A stretch of 64,000 bases of DNA, taken from positions 580,271 to 644,270 of the forward strand of contig CAVQFD010000005.1 of the NCBI GenBank assembly GCA_963711795.1, read 5' to 3'. Below the pieces are notes generated by a model. That model did not search any database. It was not told where the DNA came from and was given only the letters and a program-made list of their open reading frames with translations. The stretch is from an uncultured Acidobacteriota bacterium. GTDB taxonomy: Bacteria > Acidobacteriota > Vicinamibacteria > Vicinamibacterales > CAVVIG01. Shown here one piece after another: positions 55,517 through 64,000 of this stretch. The number at the start of each line of letters is the position of its first letter. The first letter of the stretch is position 1. Both the position numbers and the translations under genes were made by a program.

Positions 55517-55990
55517 TCAGAAGCGCTTGATCTTCACTTCCTGCTTGCGCCGGAACTCCAGCGACTCGGTGAAGTCCCCGGCTGCGGTCAGTCGAATCCA
55601 CACCTGCCGATCGGTGCGGTTCTCCCAATACCAGCCATGAACGCCGGGAAACGGCGCGATGTAGTTGCCGTTGGCCCTGTCGCGCTCATCCTGCTTGTCG
55701 AAGGTTTCTGCGTACCCCTTGGGTCCTGCCGCCGGCTCACTGTGAAGCTCGTAGTGCAAGGGGGCAGTCGCTGTCCATGTGAACAGCAGGCCGGCGCCTT
55801 TCTCGAGCCGGTACCTGTATTCCATCCCCTCTTTGGGCGCGAGGACGATCACAACGGAGTCCTGCTTGAACACCATCGGCTGCGCAACGAAGGCACCTGG
55901 CGTGGGCGGGGGCGGTTGAACAGCCTGTTGCGCGGCAGGCGCCGCGGCGGCGAGGCCGAGAAGAGCCAGAAGCAAAGCCGACGTTCGCAT
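55517..55990 (-). CDS. Secreted hypothetical protein
   Basis: ATG 55990 gives 'MRTSALLLALLGLAAAAPAAQQ...', a signal peptide. About 157 aa, with no recognised motif. Confidence 0.45.
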   Translation of the reverse strand: MRTSALLLALLGLAAAAPAAQQAVQPPPPTPGAFVAQPMVFKQDSVVIVLAPKEGMEYRYRLEKGAGLLFTWTATAPLHYELHSEPAAGPKGYAETFDKQDERDRANGNYIAPFPGVHGWYWENRTDRQVWIRLTAAGDFTESLEFRRKQEVKIKRF

Positions 55991-56036
55991 GTCACATCCC
56001 TTCGGCGCCGACGTTATCACGGCGGGCACGCCATCG

Positions 56037-56051
56037 GTCACAAGTTGTGAC
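56037..56051. promoter_or_regulatory. 15-bp perfect palindrome GTCACAAGTTGTGAC in a divergent promoter region (candidate operator)
   Basis: Arms GTCACAA/TTGTGAC around a central G. It lies between the start of 55517..55990 (-) and 56121..57242 (+). A near-identical palindrome occurs at 57305-57319. Confidence 0.4.
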
Positions 56052-56120
56052 AATTCGCTCCGGGAAGGCCAGCTAGAGTGCGCGCATGCGAAGCGCATCT
56101 GATCTGCAGGGGAGAAGAGC

Positions 56121-57242
56121 ATGAGCACAGCCGCCCGGTTTCTCGTGACGCTCTGCCTCGTCTTCGCGACGGCGTCGATAGCGCCACTCGCACAACCCGC
56201 AGGCCGTTCGGCGCCAGGTTACGTGGTCGAGCCCTTCTGGCCGAAGGATATGCCCGAGGGCTGGATGTTCGGCAACGTCGTGGGCATTGCTGTCGACTCG
56301 AAGGACAACGTCTGGGTCACGCACCGTCCTCGCAGTCAACCGGGCGCGGAGAACACGCCTCCGGTGGTGGCCTTCGACTCCTCGGGCAAGCTCATCGCGA
56401 GTTGGGGCGGGCTGAAGACCATCCCTGAGTGGGGCACGCAGGAGCACGGGCTCTATATCGACGGCAAGGACAACGTGTGGGTCGGGTTTGGCGGAGGGCT
56501 GCCCTACGACGTGACCACAAAGGCCACGACCGACAATGCCCACTTCCTGAAATTGACTCCGCAGGGCAAGCTGGTCCTGAGCGTCGGCAGGTTCGGGAGA
56601 GGCACAGAAGGCAGCCTCAGCACGCAGTACCTGGGCAATCCCACCGATGTGCACGTCGATCCGAAGAGCAACGAGGCATTCATCACCGACGGCTACCTCA
56701 ATCGACGGGTCATCGTGGTCGATGCTGATACGGGCGCGTTCAAGCGGCTGTTCGGCGCCTACGGCAACAAACCGGACGATACCCAACCGCTCAACATGCA
56801 GTTCCGGCGCAGCGCGACGGGTCCTCAGCCGCAGCAGTTCAATACGCCCCACTGCATCGTCGGTTCGAACGATGGTCTGCTCTACGTCTGCGATCGGGGC
56901 AATCAACGTATCCAGGTGTTCAAGCTGGATGGCACTTTTGTGAAGGACGTTTTCGTGAAGAGGCCCGACGACCAGGGAGCCGGTCTCGCCCCTCAGGACA
57001 TCGCTTTGTCAGCCGACCCGCGCCAGCAATTCGTGTTCGTGCAAACGAGCGATCGGGTCTACGCCTTGCGGCGGGACACGATGGAGTTCGCGTCGACCTT
57101 CGGCAGGGCCGGGCGCAGCGCCGGTCAAGTGGTCGCCGGTCACAGCCTGGCCAGCGACTCCAAGGGCAACCTGTTCGTGGGCGAAACGCTTCTGGGAAGC
57201 CGCTTGCAGAAATTCGTCCCCGCTGGTCAAGCAACGCGCTGA
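56121..57242 (+). CDS. Secreted NHL-repeat six-bladed beta-propeller protein (peptidyl-alpha-hydroxyglycine lyase-like)
   Basis: The signal is 'MSTAARFLVTLCLVFATASIAPLAQP'. Repeated blade motifs include 'GIAVDSKDNVWVT', 'GLYIDGKDNVWVG', 'PTDVHVDPKSNEAFITDGYLNRRVIVVD', 'LLYVCDRGNQRIQVF' and 'SDSKGNLFVGE'. Confidence 0.6.
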   Translation: MSTAARFLVTLCLVFATASIAPLAQPAGRSAPGYVVEPFWPKDMPEGWMFGNVVGIAVDSKDNVWVTHRPRSQPGAENTPPVVAFDSSGKLIASWGGLKTIPEWGTQEHGLYIDGKDNVWVGFGGGLPYDVTTKATTDNAHFLKLTPQGKLVLSVGRFGRGTEGSLSTQYLGNPTDVHVDPKSNEAFITDGYLNRRVIVVDADTGAFKRLFGAYGNKPDDTQPLNMQFRRSATGPQPQQFNTPHCIVGSNDGLLYVCDRGNQRIQVFKLDGTFVKDVFVKRPDDQGAGLAPQDIALSADPRQQFVFVQTSDRVYALRRDTMEFASTFGRAGRSAGQVVAGHSLASDSKGNLFVGETLLGSRLQKFVPAGQATR

Positions 57243-57304
57243 TGCTGGCGACATTTCCGTCAGGCGCAGACAACTCCGTCGGGATTTCGGAATAGCTTGT
57301 AACA

Positions 57305-57319
57305 GTCACGAGTCGTGAC
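57305..57319. promoter_or_regulatory. 15-bp perfect palindrome GTCACGAGTCGTGAC upstream of the HNH gene (candidate operator)
   Basis: Arms GTCACGA/TCGTGAC around a central G, 55 nt upstream of the start at 57374. It shares GTCAC-N5-GTGAC with 56037-56051. Confidence 0.4.
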
Positions 57320-57373
57320 ATCTGCTTCGCGCTTCGATTGTTATGATGAGAATCATTCAATCATTCAGGAGGC

Positions 57374-57853
57374 GTGGACGTGATGGCGGTAAAGAAGACG
57401 TGGCTCTCATTCATGACGACGGCAGTCGTGGTCGGCGTACCGATGCTCGCAGCGGCTCAACTCCCCAACCCAATCCAGACACCAGGCGCCAAGGGCAAGG
57501 CAAACCAGGAGCGCGTGTGCGCCGAGGGCTTTGAAGCCTCCGCGGAGCCCATTGCGAAGTGGCAGCGAGACCAGGCGCTCGAGCGATACGGACGGCGCTC
57601 ATCGGAATTTACCGGGGAGCTCGATCACTTGATTCCCGTCTCGCTCGGCGGCACCAACGATCCCGATAACCTCTGGCCATTGCCGTCGAACAAAGACATG
57701 GGGCCCGCCGAAAAGAAGGCGCTGGAAGAGAAGCTTCATCAGATGGTCTGTGCCAACTCGATGAGCCTGAAGGCAGCCCAGGACGCGATCAAGAAGAACT
57801 GGGTCAAAGCATTCAACGAGTACGTGAAGGGCGGCGCCATCAACACGAAGTAG
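57374..57853 (+). CDS. Secreted HNH-motif nuclease-like protein
   Basis: A Shine-Dalgarno-like 'aggagg' lies upstream. The signal is 'MAVKKTWLSFMTTAVVVGVPMLAAAQ'. 'ELDHLIPVSLGGTNDPDNLWP' is an HNH beta-beta-alpha-Me core (D-H ... N ... N). Codon usage is visibly less GC-rich than in the neighbouring genes. Confidence 0.6.
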   Translation: MDVMAVKKTWLSFMTTAVVVGVPMLAAAQLPNPIQTPGAKGKANQERVCAEGFEASAEPIAKWQRDQALERYGRRSSEFTGELDHLIPVSLGGTNDPDNLWPLPSNKDMGPAEKKALEEKLHQMVCANSMSLKAAQDAIKKNWVKAFNEYVKGGAINTK

Positions 57854-57945
57854 GCCCGCACGCCTTGTAACACTTCGTCACACCCGAATCGCGAGGGTGC
57901 ACGCCGTGGATAATCTCTGTCGGCCAGGCGGTCTCATCCTACGGA

Positions 57946-59652
57946 GTGTCTATGTCGTGGTGGCGTGTCGCGTCAGGTGTGTGGGCTCTTTTTCTCCTGG
58001 GATGTTTCGGTCCGATATCCGCTTCAGGCCAGGGTGCCGTCGCTCGAGATGATGGAGGGGCGGGACCGTCGATTGCCGGCGAGTGGCGGAGCTACGGCGG
58101 TGACGCCGCCGAAACGCACCACAGCCCGCTCAATCAGATCACGGCCGCCAACGTCAGCCGGCTCGGCCTGGCGTGGTCGGTCGAAGTTGGTTCCGAGGCA
58201 CGGATCGAATCAACACCTCTTTTTGTCGATGGCGCGCTGTACGGCACCACGACGTGGAGCACGGTCTTCGCGATCGACGCGCGGAAGGGGACGCTCAAGT
58301 GGCGTTGGGATCCCGCCATCGTCAGGACGGGGCTGGCCGGTGATGGTCCACGGTTCTGTTGCGGCCCTGCGAACAGGGGCCTTGCCTATCACGACGGCAA
58401 GGTGTTCGCGGGTCTGCTCGATGGCCGGTTGGTGGCGCTTGATGCGGAAACGGGCAAGGTTGCCTGGGCGGTGCAGACGACCCCGCCCGGATCGGACTAC
58501 AGCATCACGGGGGCGCCCCGCGTGGTCAAGGGCAAGGTGGTCATCGGCAACAGTGGAGCTGAGTACGGCGTCCGCGGCTATGTGACGGCTTACGACGCTC
58601 AATCGGGCGCACGTGCATGGCGCTTCTACACGGTTCCCGGCGACCCGTCTCTGCCCTTCGAAAGTCCGGCCATGGAACGCGCGGCGAAGACATGGTCTGG
58701 CGCGTGGTGGACGGTCGGCGGCGGCGGCGGCAGCGTGTGGGATGGGATGGCGTACGACCCCGAGGCAGACCTGCTGTACATCGGCACGGGCAACGGATCG
58801 CCGTGGAACCAGGAGATTCGCAGCCCTGGCGGCGGTGACAACCTCTTCCTGTCTTCGATCGTGGCCCTGCGCCCGGACACAGGCGAGTACGTCTGGCACT
58901 ATCAGACAACCCCTGGAGAGAACTGGGACTTTACGTCGACGCAGCCGATGATCCTGGCCGAGCTGACGCTCAATGGGCGCGTGCGCAAGGTGCTGATGCA
59001 AGCACCCAAGAACGGATTCTTTTATGTGCTCGACCGTCTGACCGGCGAGTTCATTTCTGCAGAGCCCTACGTCGAGGTGACCTGGGCGTCACACGTAGAT
59101 TCGTCGACCGGTCGTCCCGTCGAGAACCCTAGAGCGAGGTACGGGCTCGAACCGGTGATCCTGTCCCCTGGACCGATTGGGGGGCACAACTGGCCGCCAA
59201 TGGCGTGGAACCCGGCAACCCGTCTTGTCTACTTTGCGGGGCAAGAGAGCAATGTGACGATCTCGAGGGATCCGGCGTTCACGTACGAGGTCGGGAAGGG
59301 CAACCGCGGCGTGATCAGGACGTCGAGGACGCTCAGCGGCTTCATCGCGGCCTGGGATCCCGTTGCGCAGAAGGCCCGGTGGCGCATCGAGCACACCGTC
59401 GGCGGCGGCCTGCTGTCGACAGCCGGCAACCTGGTGTTCGGTGGCAACGGCGGCGGCTTCTTCTTCGCGCTGGACGCGACGACAGGCAGGAAGCTCTGGG
59501 AGCAGCGCTTGTTCCAGGGGACTGCGACGCCGATCAGCTACGAGCTCGACGGGCAGCAGTACGTCGCGGTTCTCTCAGGGGCCATCGGCGGCCGTGTGTT
59601 CACGTTCGTGCTCGATGGGAAGGCGCCAATCCCTTCGCGAACGCAGCCCTAG
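57946..59652 (+). CDS. PQQ-dependent dehydrogenase (quinoprotein alcohol/glucose dehydrogenase family)
   Basis: A signal peptide is followed by '[19 protein letters not shown]', '[14 protein letters not shown]', the vicinal Cys pair '[10 protein letters not shown]', '[46 protein letters not shown]' and '[14 protein letters not shown]'. Confidence 0.85.
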   Translation: MSMSWWRVASGVWALFLLGCFGPISASGQGAVARDDGGAGPSIAGEWRSYGGDAAETHHSPLNQITAANVSRLGLAWSVEVGSEARIESTPLFVDGALYGTTTWSTVFAIDARKGTLKWRWDPAIVRTGLAGDGPRFCCGPANRGLAYHDGKVFAGLLDGRLVALDAETGKVAWAVQTTPPGSDYSITGAPRVVKGKVVIGNSGAEYGVRGYVTAYDAQSGARAWRFYTVPGDPSLPFESPAMERAAKTWSGAWWTVGGGGGSVWDGMAYDPEADLLYIGTGNGSPWNQEIRSPGGGDNLFLSSIVALRPDTGEYVWHYQTTPGENWDFTSTQPMILAELTLNGRVRKVLMQAPKNGFFYVLDRLTGEFISAEPYVEVTWASHVDSSTGRPVENPRARYGLEPVILSPGPIGGHNWPPMAWNPATRLVYFAGQESNVTISRDPAFTYEVGKGNRGVIRTSRTLSGFIAAWDPVAQKARWRIEHTVGGGLLSTAGNLVFGGNGGGFFFALDATTGRKLWEQRLFQGTATPISYELDGQQYVAVLSGAIGGRVFTFVLDGKAPIPSRTQP

Positions 59653-59658
59653 CGACGC

Positions 59659-60870
59659 CTACCAACACGCAGTGCCAGCGGGGCGTTCAGCGCCGCGAGC
59701 GCGCCATTCGAGAACGATGGCGAGACAGCCCATGACCGCGCCGAGCAGCAGGAACGCGCCGGAGTAACCGACGAGGGCGCCGAGCCAGCCCATCAGAACC
59801 GGCCCGGCCGCCCGCGCAATCTGCTGCGACCGCGCCAGCTGACCGTTCAAGGCACCGGCGCGCTCCATCCCGAACAGCGTCTGCACGAGATGTGGACGCA
59901 CGATCGTCGTCAGGCCTGCCCCAACGCCGAAGGTGGCGATCGCCGCGCCAAGAATCGGAATCGACGCCGCAACGCCGAGAGCAAGGAAGCCGGCCGCCTG
60001 CAACAGCAGGCTGACCAGCGCGAGCCGGGTTGGTGCGCCTCCGAAGCGTCCGCTCATGACGAGGGCGCGGCCCGGCAGCTGCATGATGCCCAGCAGTCCC
60101 CCGAGCACCGCCGCCGTGGTCGGCGATACAGCCCGCTCGCCGAGGGCGGGAACGAGGTTGGCGGTGAACGCGGGGTTCGCGAAGGCCGCGACCGAGAACA
60201 CAACGACGATCAGCCTGAACGAGAGTACGGCGGCAGGCTGCCCGGCGCCGGATGGCGACGAGACAGGCGCCGCGAGGTGTGCCCCCGAGGCGCCTTGCAT
60301 TCCGCGAAGCGCGAAGCGTCCAGCCGAATAGGTCGAGGCCGCCATCGTGGCTGCCAGCACGCCTACCGCGGTGCGCCAACCAAAGCCTCGCACGAGGAAC
60401 GCGGTGAGCGGCAGGAACACGGTGCTCGAGAGCGCCCCGAACACGGTGATCGCGGCAATTGTCCGGAGACGTTCTGTCGGGTTGCCGATCGCGCGGCCAA
60501 CGACGGCAAACGCGGGCTCGTACAGCGCAGCCGCCATGCAGAGTCCGAGTCCGGTCCAGACGACGTAGAGCAATATGAGGCTCGGAAAGAGCGCCCACAC
60601 GGAGAGGAGCACGGCAGCGGCATATCCGCCTGCCTGTATCGCGCGGCCACCGAGTCCCCGGTCGCACCACCGGCCGACGACGGGCGCGACAGCCGCCGAC
60701 ACGAGCAGCGAAAGCGAGAACGCGCCGGTGACGATCCATTGCGCCACACCCAGATCCTCTTCGACGGGCAGGAGGAGAATCGCAAAGGCGTAGTACAGGA
60801 CTCCCCAGTTGACCAGCTGTCCGGCTCCGAGTGCGACGACGGCACGGCGGGTCATCGTGGCGGGACCCAA
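59659..60870 (-). CDS. MFS transporter
   Basis: 403 aa with 12 predicted hydrophobic helices. It has an MFS-like loop 'GRWCDRGLGGR' between TM2 and TM3. The frame is intact. Confidence 0.7.
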   Translation of the reverse strand: MGPATMTRRAVVALGAGQLVNWGVLYYAFAILLLPVEEDLGVAQWIVTGAFSLSLLVSAAVAPVVGRWCDRGLGGRAIQAGGYAAAVLLSVWALFPSLILLYVVWTGLGLCMAAALYEPAFAVVGRAIGNPTERLRTIAAITVFGALSSTVFLPLTAFLVRGFGWRTAVGVLAATMAASTYSAGRFALRGMQGASGAHLAAPVSSPSGAGQPAAVLSFRLIVVVFSVAAFANPAFTANLVPALGERAVSPTTAAVLGGLLGIMQLPGRALVMSGRFGGAPTRLALVSLLLQAAGFLALGVAASIPILGAAIATFGVGAGLTTIVRPHLVQTLFGMERAGALNGQLARSQQIARAAGPVLMGWLGALVGYSGAFLLLGAVMGCLAIVLEWRARGAERPAGTACW

Positions 60871-60889
60871 ATGGGTGCGCGCTGCTGCC

Positions 60890-63800
60890 TTACAACAATG
60901 TTCCCCGCAGGAGCACGAGCGCCACGCTGAAGTAGATCACCAGCCCCGTGACGTCCACGAGCGTGGCCACGAACGGCGCCGACGAGGTCGCCGGATCGAA
61001 GCCGAGGCGCCTCAACACGAACGGCAGAAGCGATCCGACGACCGTGCCCCACAACACGATACCTACCAGCGAGAGCCCGACGGTCCACGCCACCAGGAGC
61101 CAGTGCGGCCCGTAGATCGTGGAAAAGGCGGACCACAATGAAATACGCAGAAAACCGATCGTACCCAGGATGCCGCCAAGGGCCAGGCCCGCGGCGAGCT
61201 CCCGGCGGATCACCCGCCACCAGTCGCCGAGCGTCACTTCGCCGAGCGCCAGCGCTCGAATGACCAGCGTGGATGCCTGGGATCCCGAGTTGCCGCCGCT
61301 CGAGATGATGAGCGGCACGAACAGTGCGAGCACGACGGCCCGTTCGATCTCGGCTTCGAACGCGCCCATCGCCGTGGCCGTCAGCATCTCGCCCAGGAAG
61401 AGCGCCGTCAGCCAGCCCGCGCGCTTCTGAATCATCCGGCCGAAGGCAATCACCATGTAGGGTTCGTCGAGAGCCTCCGATCCGCCGATGCGCTGGATGT
61501 CTTCGGTGGTCTTCGCTTCGACGACGTCCAGGACGTCGTCGATCGTCACGATGCCGATGAGCATGCCCGTGCTGTCGGTCACGGGCAGCGCCGTCCTGTC
61601 GTGCGCGCGGAACTCGGTGACGGCCGCTGCCTGATCGTCGGTGGCCTTGAGCGCGACGAACCGCCGGTCCATCAGGTCCGACAGCCGGCTGCCAGGCGAC
61701 GCCAGCAGCAGCTCGCGGATCCGCACGTCGTCTATCAGGCGGCCCTGCTCGTCGACGATGTAGATGACGTTGAGGGTTTCGCTGTCCTGCCCGTGCTCGC
61801 GGACGTGATCGAGCACCTGCTGGATCGTCCAGTGTTCGCGGACAGCGACATAGGACGGCGTCATCAACCGTCCGGTCGAGCCCTCGGGGTAGCCGAGCAG
61901 CGTGCTTGCGACGGTCCGTTCTTCGGGTGTGAGAAGGGCCAGCAGCTGGCGGGTGGCGGCCGCCGGCAGCTCCTCGAGGAACATCGTGCGGTCGTCGGGG
62001 GCCATCTCGTTCAGCAGCGCCGCGACATCCTCCTGCGCCATCGCCTTCAACAACGTTTCCTGCTGCTCGAGCGACATGTACTCGAAAGTGGCGGCTGCGT
62101 CCTTTCGCGGAAGGAGCCTGAAGACGACGACCTGATCCTCAATCGTGAGATCGCCGAGCAGCTGGGCGAGATGCTCGGGAGGACGGTTGCGGATCATGTC
62201 CCGCAGCTTCGAGTAATCGCGTGTCCGCACGATGGCCGACAGCTCGTCGGCCGGCCGTGCGGCCGTCCGGATCGCCTGCAGGGCCTCGTCGCGGCCTGGG
62301 CCGTTCAGTTGTTGCGCCATTTGGATGAGTGCCGCCCGCACCACGTCGTGATGGTGTACGTGTGGCCCGACCGCCTTCGCGGCGTCGAGCCAGATGTGAT
62401 GGAGAAGATCGAGGTCGCCCGACGAGAGCTCCGGGTCGTGTGCTCCGAGGTGGAAGACGTCGGACCGGCCGCTCCGGTGATGGATGACCAGCCGGACGCC
62501 ATGGAGCTCGGACGTTTCCGCGCGTTCCCAGGCGTCGCCAAGGAGCCGCGACTGCGCATCCGCGGACAGGGTCGTCGATTCGCCCACGTAGACGTCGGAG
62601 ACCTTGAGCCTGAGCACGGCGTCGACGATCGCGTCGAAGACGTTGTACGACGGCACGATGAGCAGGCGCACCGTGCGGCCGTACCGTTCGGCCATCGCGA
62701 CGATGTTCGAGAAGAGCACGCCCTCGCTGGCTGTCGGCCGCGTGTCGCGCGGGTCCTCGAATTCACCGTCCACGCCGAGCAGGCGGGCCGTCATCACGAC
62801 GACGTCGCGCCCTCCCGCCCCATCGATCGCGCGGGCGACGTGCTCCAGCGCGTGGGGGTTGCGGACGGTGACGAGCACGCCTCCCGGCCTGACCGACACC
62901 TTGTCGAGCGACAGCTCCGTCGAGGGCAGCAGGCGGAAGGCGTCTCCTTCGTCTGGCGGCACGACAGGCGCCTTACGGGCCGACGCTGCGAAAACCGAGG
63001 CGACACCCGCCACCGCCAGGCTTGCGCCGATCGTTGGTGCATCGCCCGAGCCCATCATGGCGAGCCAGGTCGACCCCACGAAGAGGGCGATGGCCCAGAG
63101 CCCGATCGGCCACTCCCTTCCGAGGATCCACAGGTTGATTGGCACGCGGAACGGCGACTCTTCGCGCGGGCGGCGGAGACGCACCAGCACGGCCACCTTG
63201 ATCAGCAGCGTCCATGCGAGCGTCGCCGCGTAGGCATGCGCGATCCACTCGACCCGGCCCGCGCTCGAGATGATGGCCAGAGCTGCGACGCCGGCCGCCG
63301 TGTCGCTCGCGCGCGCCAGGGTGCCCAGGCGTGCGTGGGGTAGCGTCAGGGCCCTCGACACCTCACCCTGCTGCGCCAGGCGGACCAGCATGGCCTCGGC
63401 GCCGGCGATTCCGGCACGCGTGGCCTGCCCGAGCAGCAGCGTCGCACTCGCCACGACCGCGATCGTCAGGACGACGCGCAGCCAGCCGGGCCCGGCCACG
63501 TTGTGGGCGATCGCCAGAAGAGGCGCATTGAGCCAGGCAGTCTGGGTGCCGGTGTCGACCAGCATGGCAAAGAGGAAGCTGGCAGCCACCGTGACCGCGG
63601 CGCCATACACCGTGAGAATGAACATCGTGCGACGTAGCCCGCGGATACGCGGGGGCTCGAGCTCGCCCGCCGCCCGCGCGAGGCTGTCGCCGCTTGCCAC
63701 GCCCGCCGTGGCATGGCCGAAGGCGACCAGCATCGCCACGACGAGCGAACCAATAAAGGCGGCGGTCCAGCCATCACTGCCGGGCGATCCGCTGATCGTC

Positions 63801-64000
63801 AGCGGCGAGGCCAGGGCGCCTGAGCCGCCACGCACGGCGAGCGAGAGGGCGGCCCAGACGACCAGCACCACGAGGACCGCGACCGCGCTCCAGGTTCGCA
63901 CGACCGCACGATCCACGTCGGTCGCGTAGCCGAGCCGTGCTCGTGTCCAGGCAAAGCCCAGCAACCCGAGCGCGCCCAGGCCCGCGAGATCCTGGTTCGC
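60890..64000 (-). CDS. mgtE: Fusion protein: APC-type permease-like membrane domain + USP-like domain + complete MgtE magnesium transporter; 5' end outside the window
   Basis: The C-terminal ~450 aa are a full MgtE: N-domain 'PEHLAQLLGDLTIEDQVVVFRLLP', CBS pair 'LMTPSYVAVREHWTIQQVLDHV...VIYIVDEQGRLIDDV' and TM domain 'FVPLIISSGGNSGSQAS...VDVTGLVIYF'. Upstream, in the same uninterrupted frame, are membrane helices and a USP-like 'VLVTVRNPHALEHVARAIDGAGGRDVVVMTARLLG...LLIVPS'. The frame is open to the window edge. Confidence 0.7.
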   Translation of the reverse strand, partial: ANQDLAGLGALGLLGFAWTRARLGYATDVDRAVVRTWSAVAVLVVLVVWAALSLAVRGGSGALASPLTISGSPGSDGWTAAFIGSLVVAMLVAFGHATAGVASGDSLARAAGELEPPRIRGLRRTMFILTVYGAAVTVAASFLFAMLVDTGTQTAWLNAPLLAIAHNVAGPGWLRVVLTIAVVASATLLLGQATRAGIAGAEAMLVRLAQQGEVSRALTLPHARLGTLARASDTAAGVAALAIISSAGRVEWIAHAYAATLAWTLLIKVAVLVRLRRPREESPFRVPINLWILGREWPIGLWAIALFVGSTWLAMMGSGDAPTIGASLAVAGVASVFAASARKAPVVPPDEGDAFRLLPSTELSLDKVSVRPGGVLVTVRNPHALEHVARAIDGAGGRDVVVMTARLLGVDGEFEDPRDTRPTASEGVLFSNIVAMAERYGRTVRLLIVPSYNVFDAIVDAVLRLKVSDVYVGESTTLSADAQSRLLGDAWERAETSELHGVRLVIHHRSGRSDVFHLGAHDPELSSGDLDLLHHIWLDAAKAVGPHVHHHDVVRAALIQMAQQLNGPGRDEALQAIRTAARPADELSAIVRTRDYSKLRDMIRNRPPEHLAQLLGDLTIEDQVVVFRLLPRKDAAATFEYMSLEQQETLLKAMAQEDVAALLNEMAPDDRTMFLEELPAAATRQLLALLTPEERTVASTLLGYPEGSTGRLMTPSYVAVREHWTIQQVLDHVREHGQDSETLNVIYIVDEQGRLIDDVRIRELLLASPGSRLSDLMDRRFVALKATDDQAAAVTEFRAHDRTALPVTDSTGMLIGIVTIDDVLDVVEAKTTEDIQRIGGSEALDEPYMVIAFGRMIQKRAGWLTALFLGEMLTATAMGAFEAEIERAVVLALFVPLIISSGGNSGSQASTLVIRALALGEVTLGDWWRVIRRELAAGLALGGILGTIGFLRISLWSAFSTIYGPHWLLVAWTVGLSLVGIVLWGTVVGSLLPFVLRRLGFDPATSSAPFVATLVDVTGLVIYFSVALVLLRGTLL

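Noticed and set aside
54762-60870. A genomic island integrated at tRNA-Arg (accessory-looking secreted proteins, the HNH gene and the PQQ dehydrogenase downstream of a tRNA)
   Set aside because: There is no integrase, recombinase or mobility gene. I could find no direct repeat of the tRNA 3' end downstream. Apart from the small HNH gene, composition looks like the rest of the window.
1-64000. Mobile elements, prophage, toxin-antitoxin, restriction-modification or other defence systems
   Set aside because: I scanned all ORFs of at least 60 aa for transposase (DDE, HUH), integrase (R..HxxR..Y), terminase/capsid, Cas, methyltransferase-nuclease pairs and small adjacent TA-like pairs, and found none. 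The only nuclease-like gene is the isolated secreted HNH protein.

Overview
This is a high-GC bacterial chromosomal segment. Gene content and repeat style resemble soil Acidobacteriota-type genomes, but I cannot verify taxonomy here. I can support about 55 protein-coding genes and one tRNA-Arg(ACG). I found no rRNA, CRISPR, transposase, integrase or phage genes.

Layout:
- 1-14.2 kb: an ABC-transporter-dependent polysaccharide (O-antigen/EPS-type) locus. It holds a GT2-methyltransferase, an FkbM-like protein, wzt, wzm, a GT2 and a WecA-type initiating transferase. Three secreted proteins sit inside it. They carry different N-terminal parts but share one C-terminal six-repeat DxDGDG propeller-like module.
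- 14.2-64 kb: mostly housekeeping, metabolism and envelope genes. These include thiS-thiG, a PA14 membrane protein, a ~1170-aa Fe-S/flavin oxidoreductase, glk, infA, a DEAD-box helicase, an M16 peptidase, cca, proline dehydrogenase, NAD-IDH, tkt, a Spy/CpxP-like gene divergent from an OmpR-type regulator, moeA-moaB, a PQQ dehydrogenase, an MFS transporter and an MgtE fusion.

Two sequence-level peculiarities dominate:
1. Many genes are broken by single-base frameshifts, usually in short homopolymer runs. Hot spots are 27.8-32.75 kb and moeA. I read most of these as assembly indels, but real pseudogenes cannot be excluded. Several long track ORFs are therefore frame chimeras.
2. Intergenic space is filled with repeat families. 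One is short-period 7/8/9-nt arrays that start at or within a few bases of stop codons. Another is a ~100-bp GC-hairpin element, dispersed at three gene ends and present as a 5 x 101 bp tandem array. A four-helix-bundle (23S rRNA IVS-type) gene sits inside a long inverted repeat built from such arrays.

All functional calls rest on motifs I read in the translations. No database search was run.
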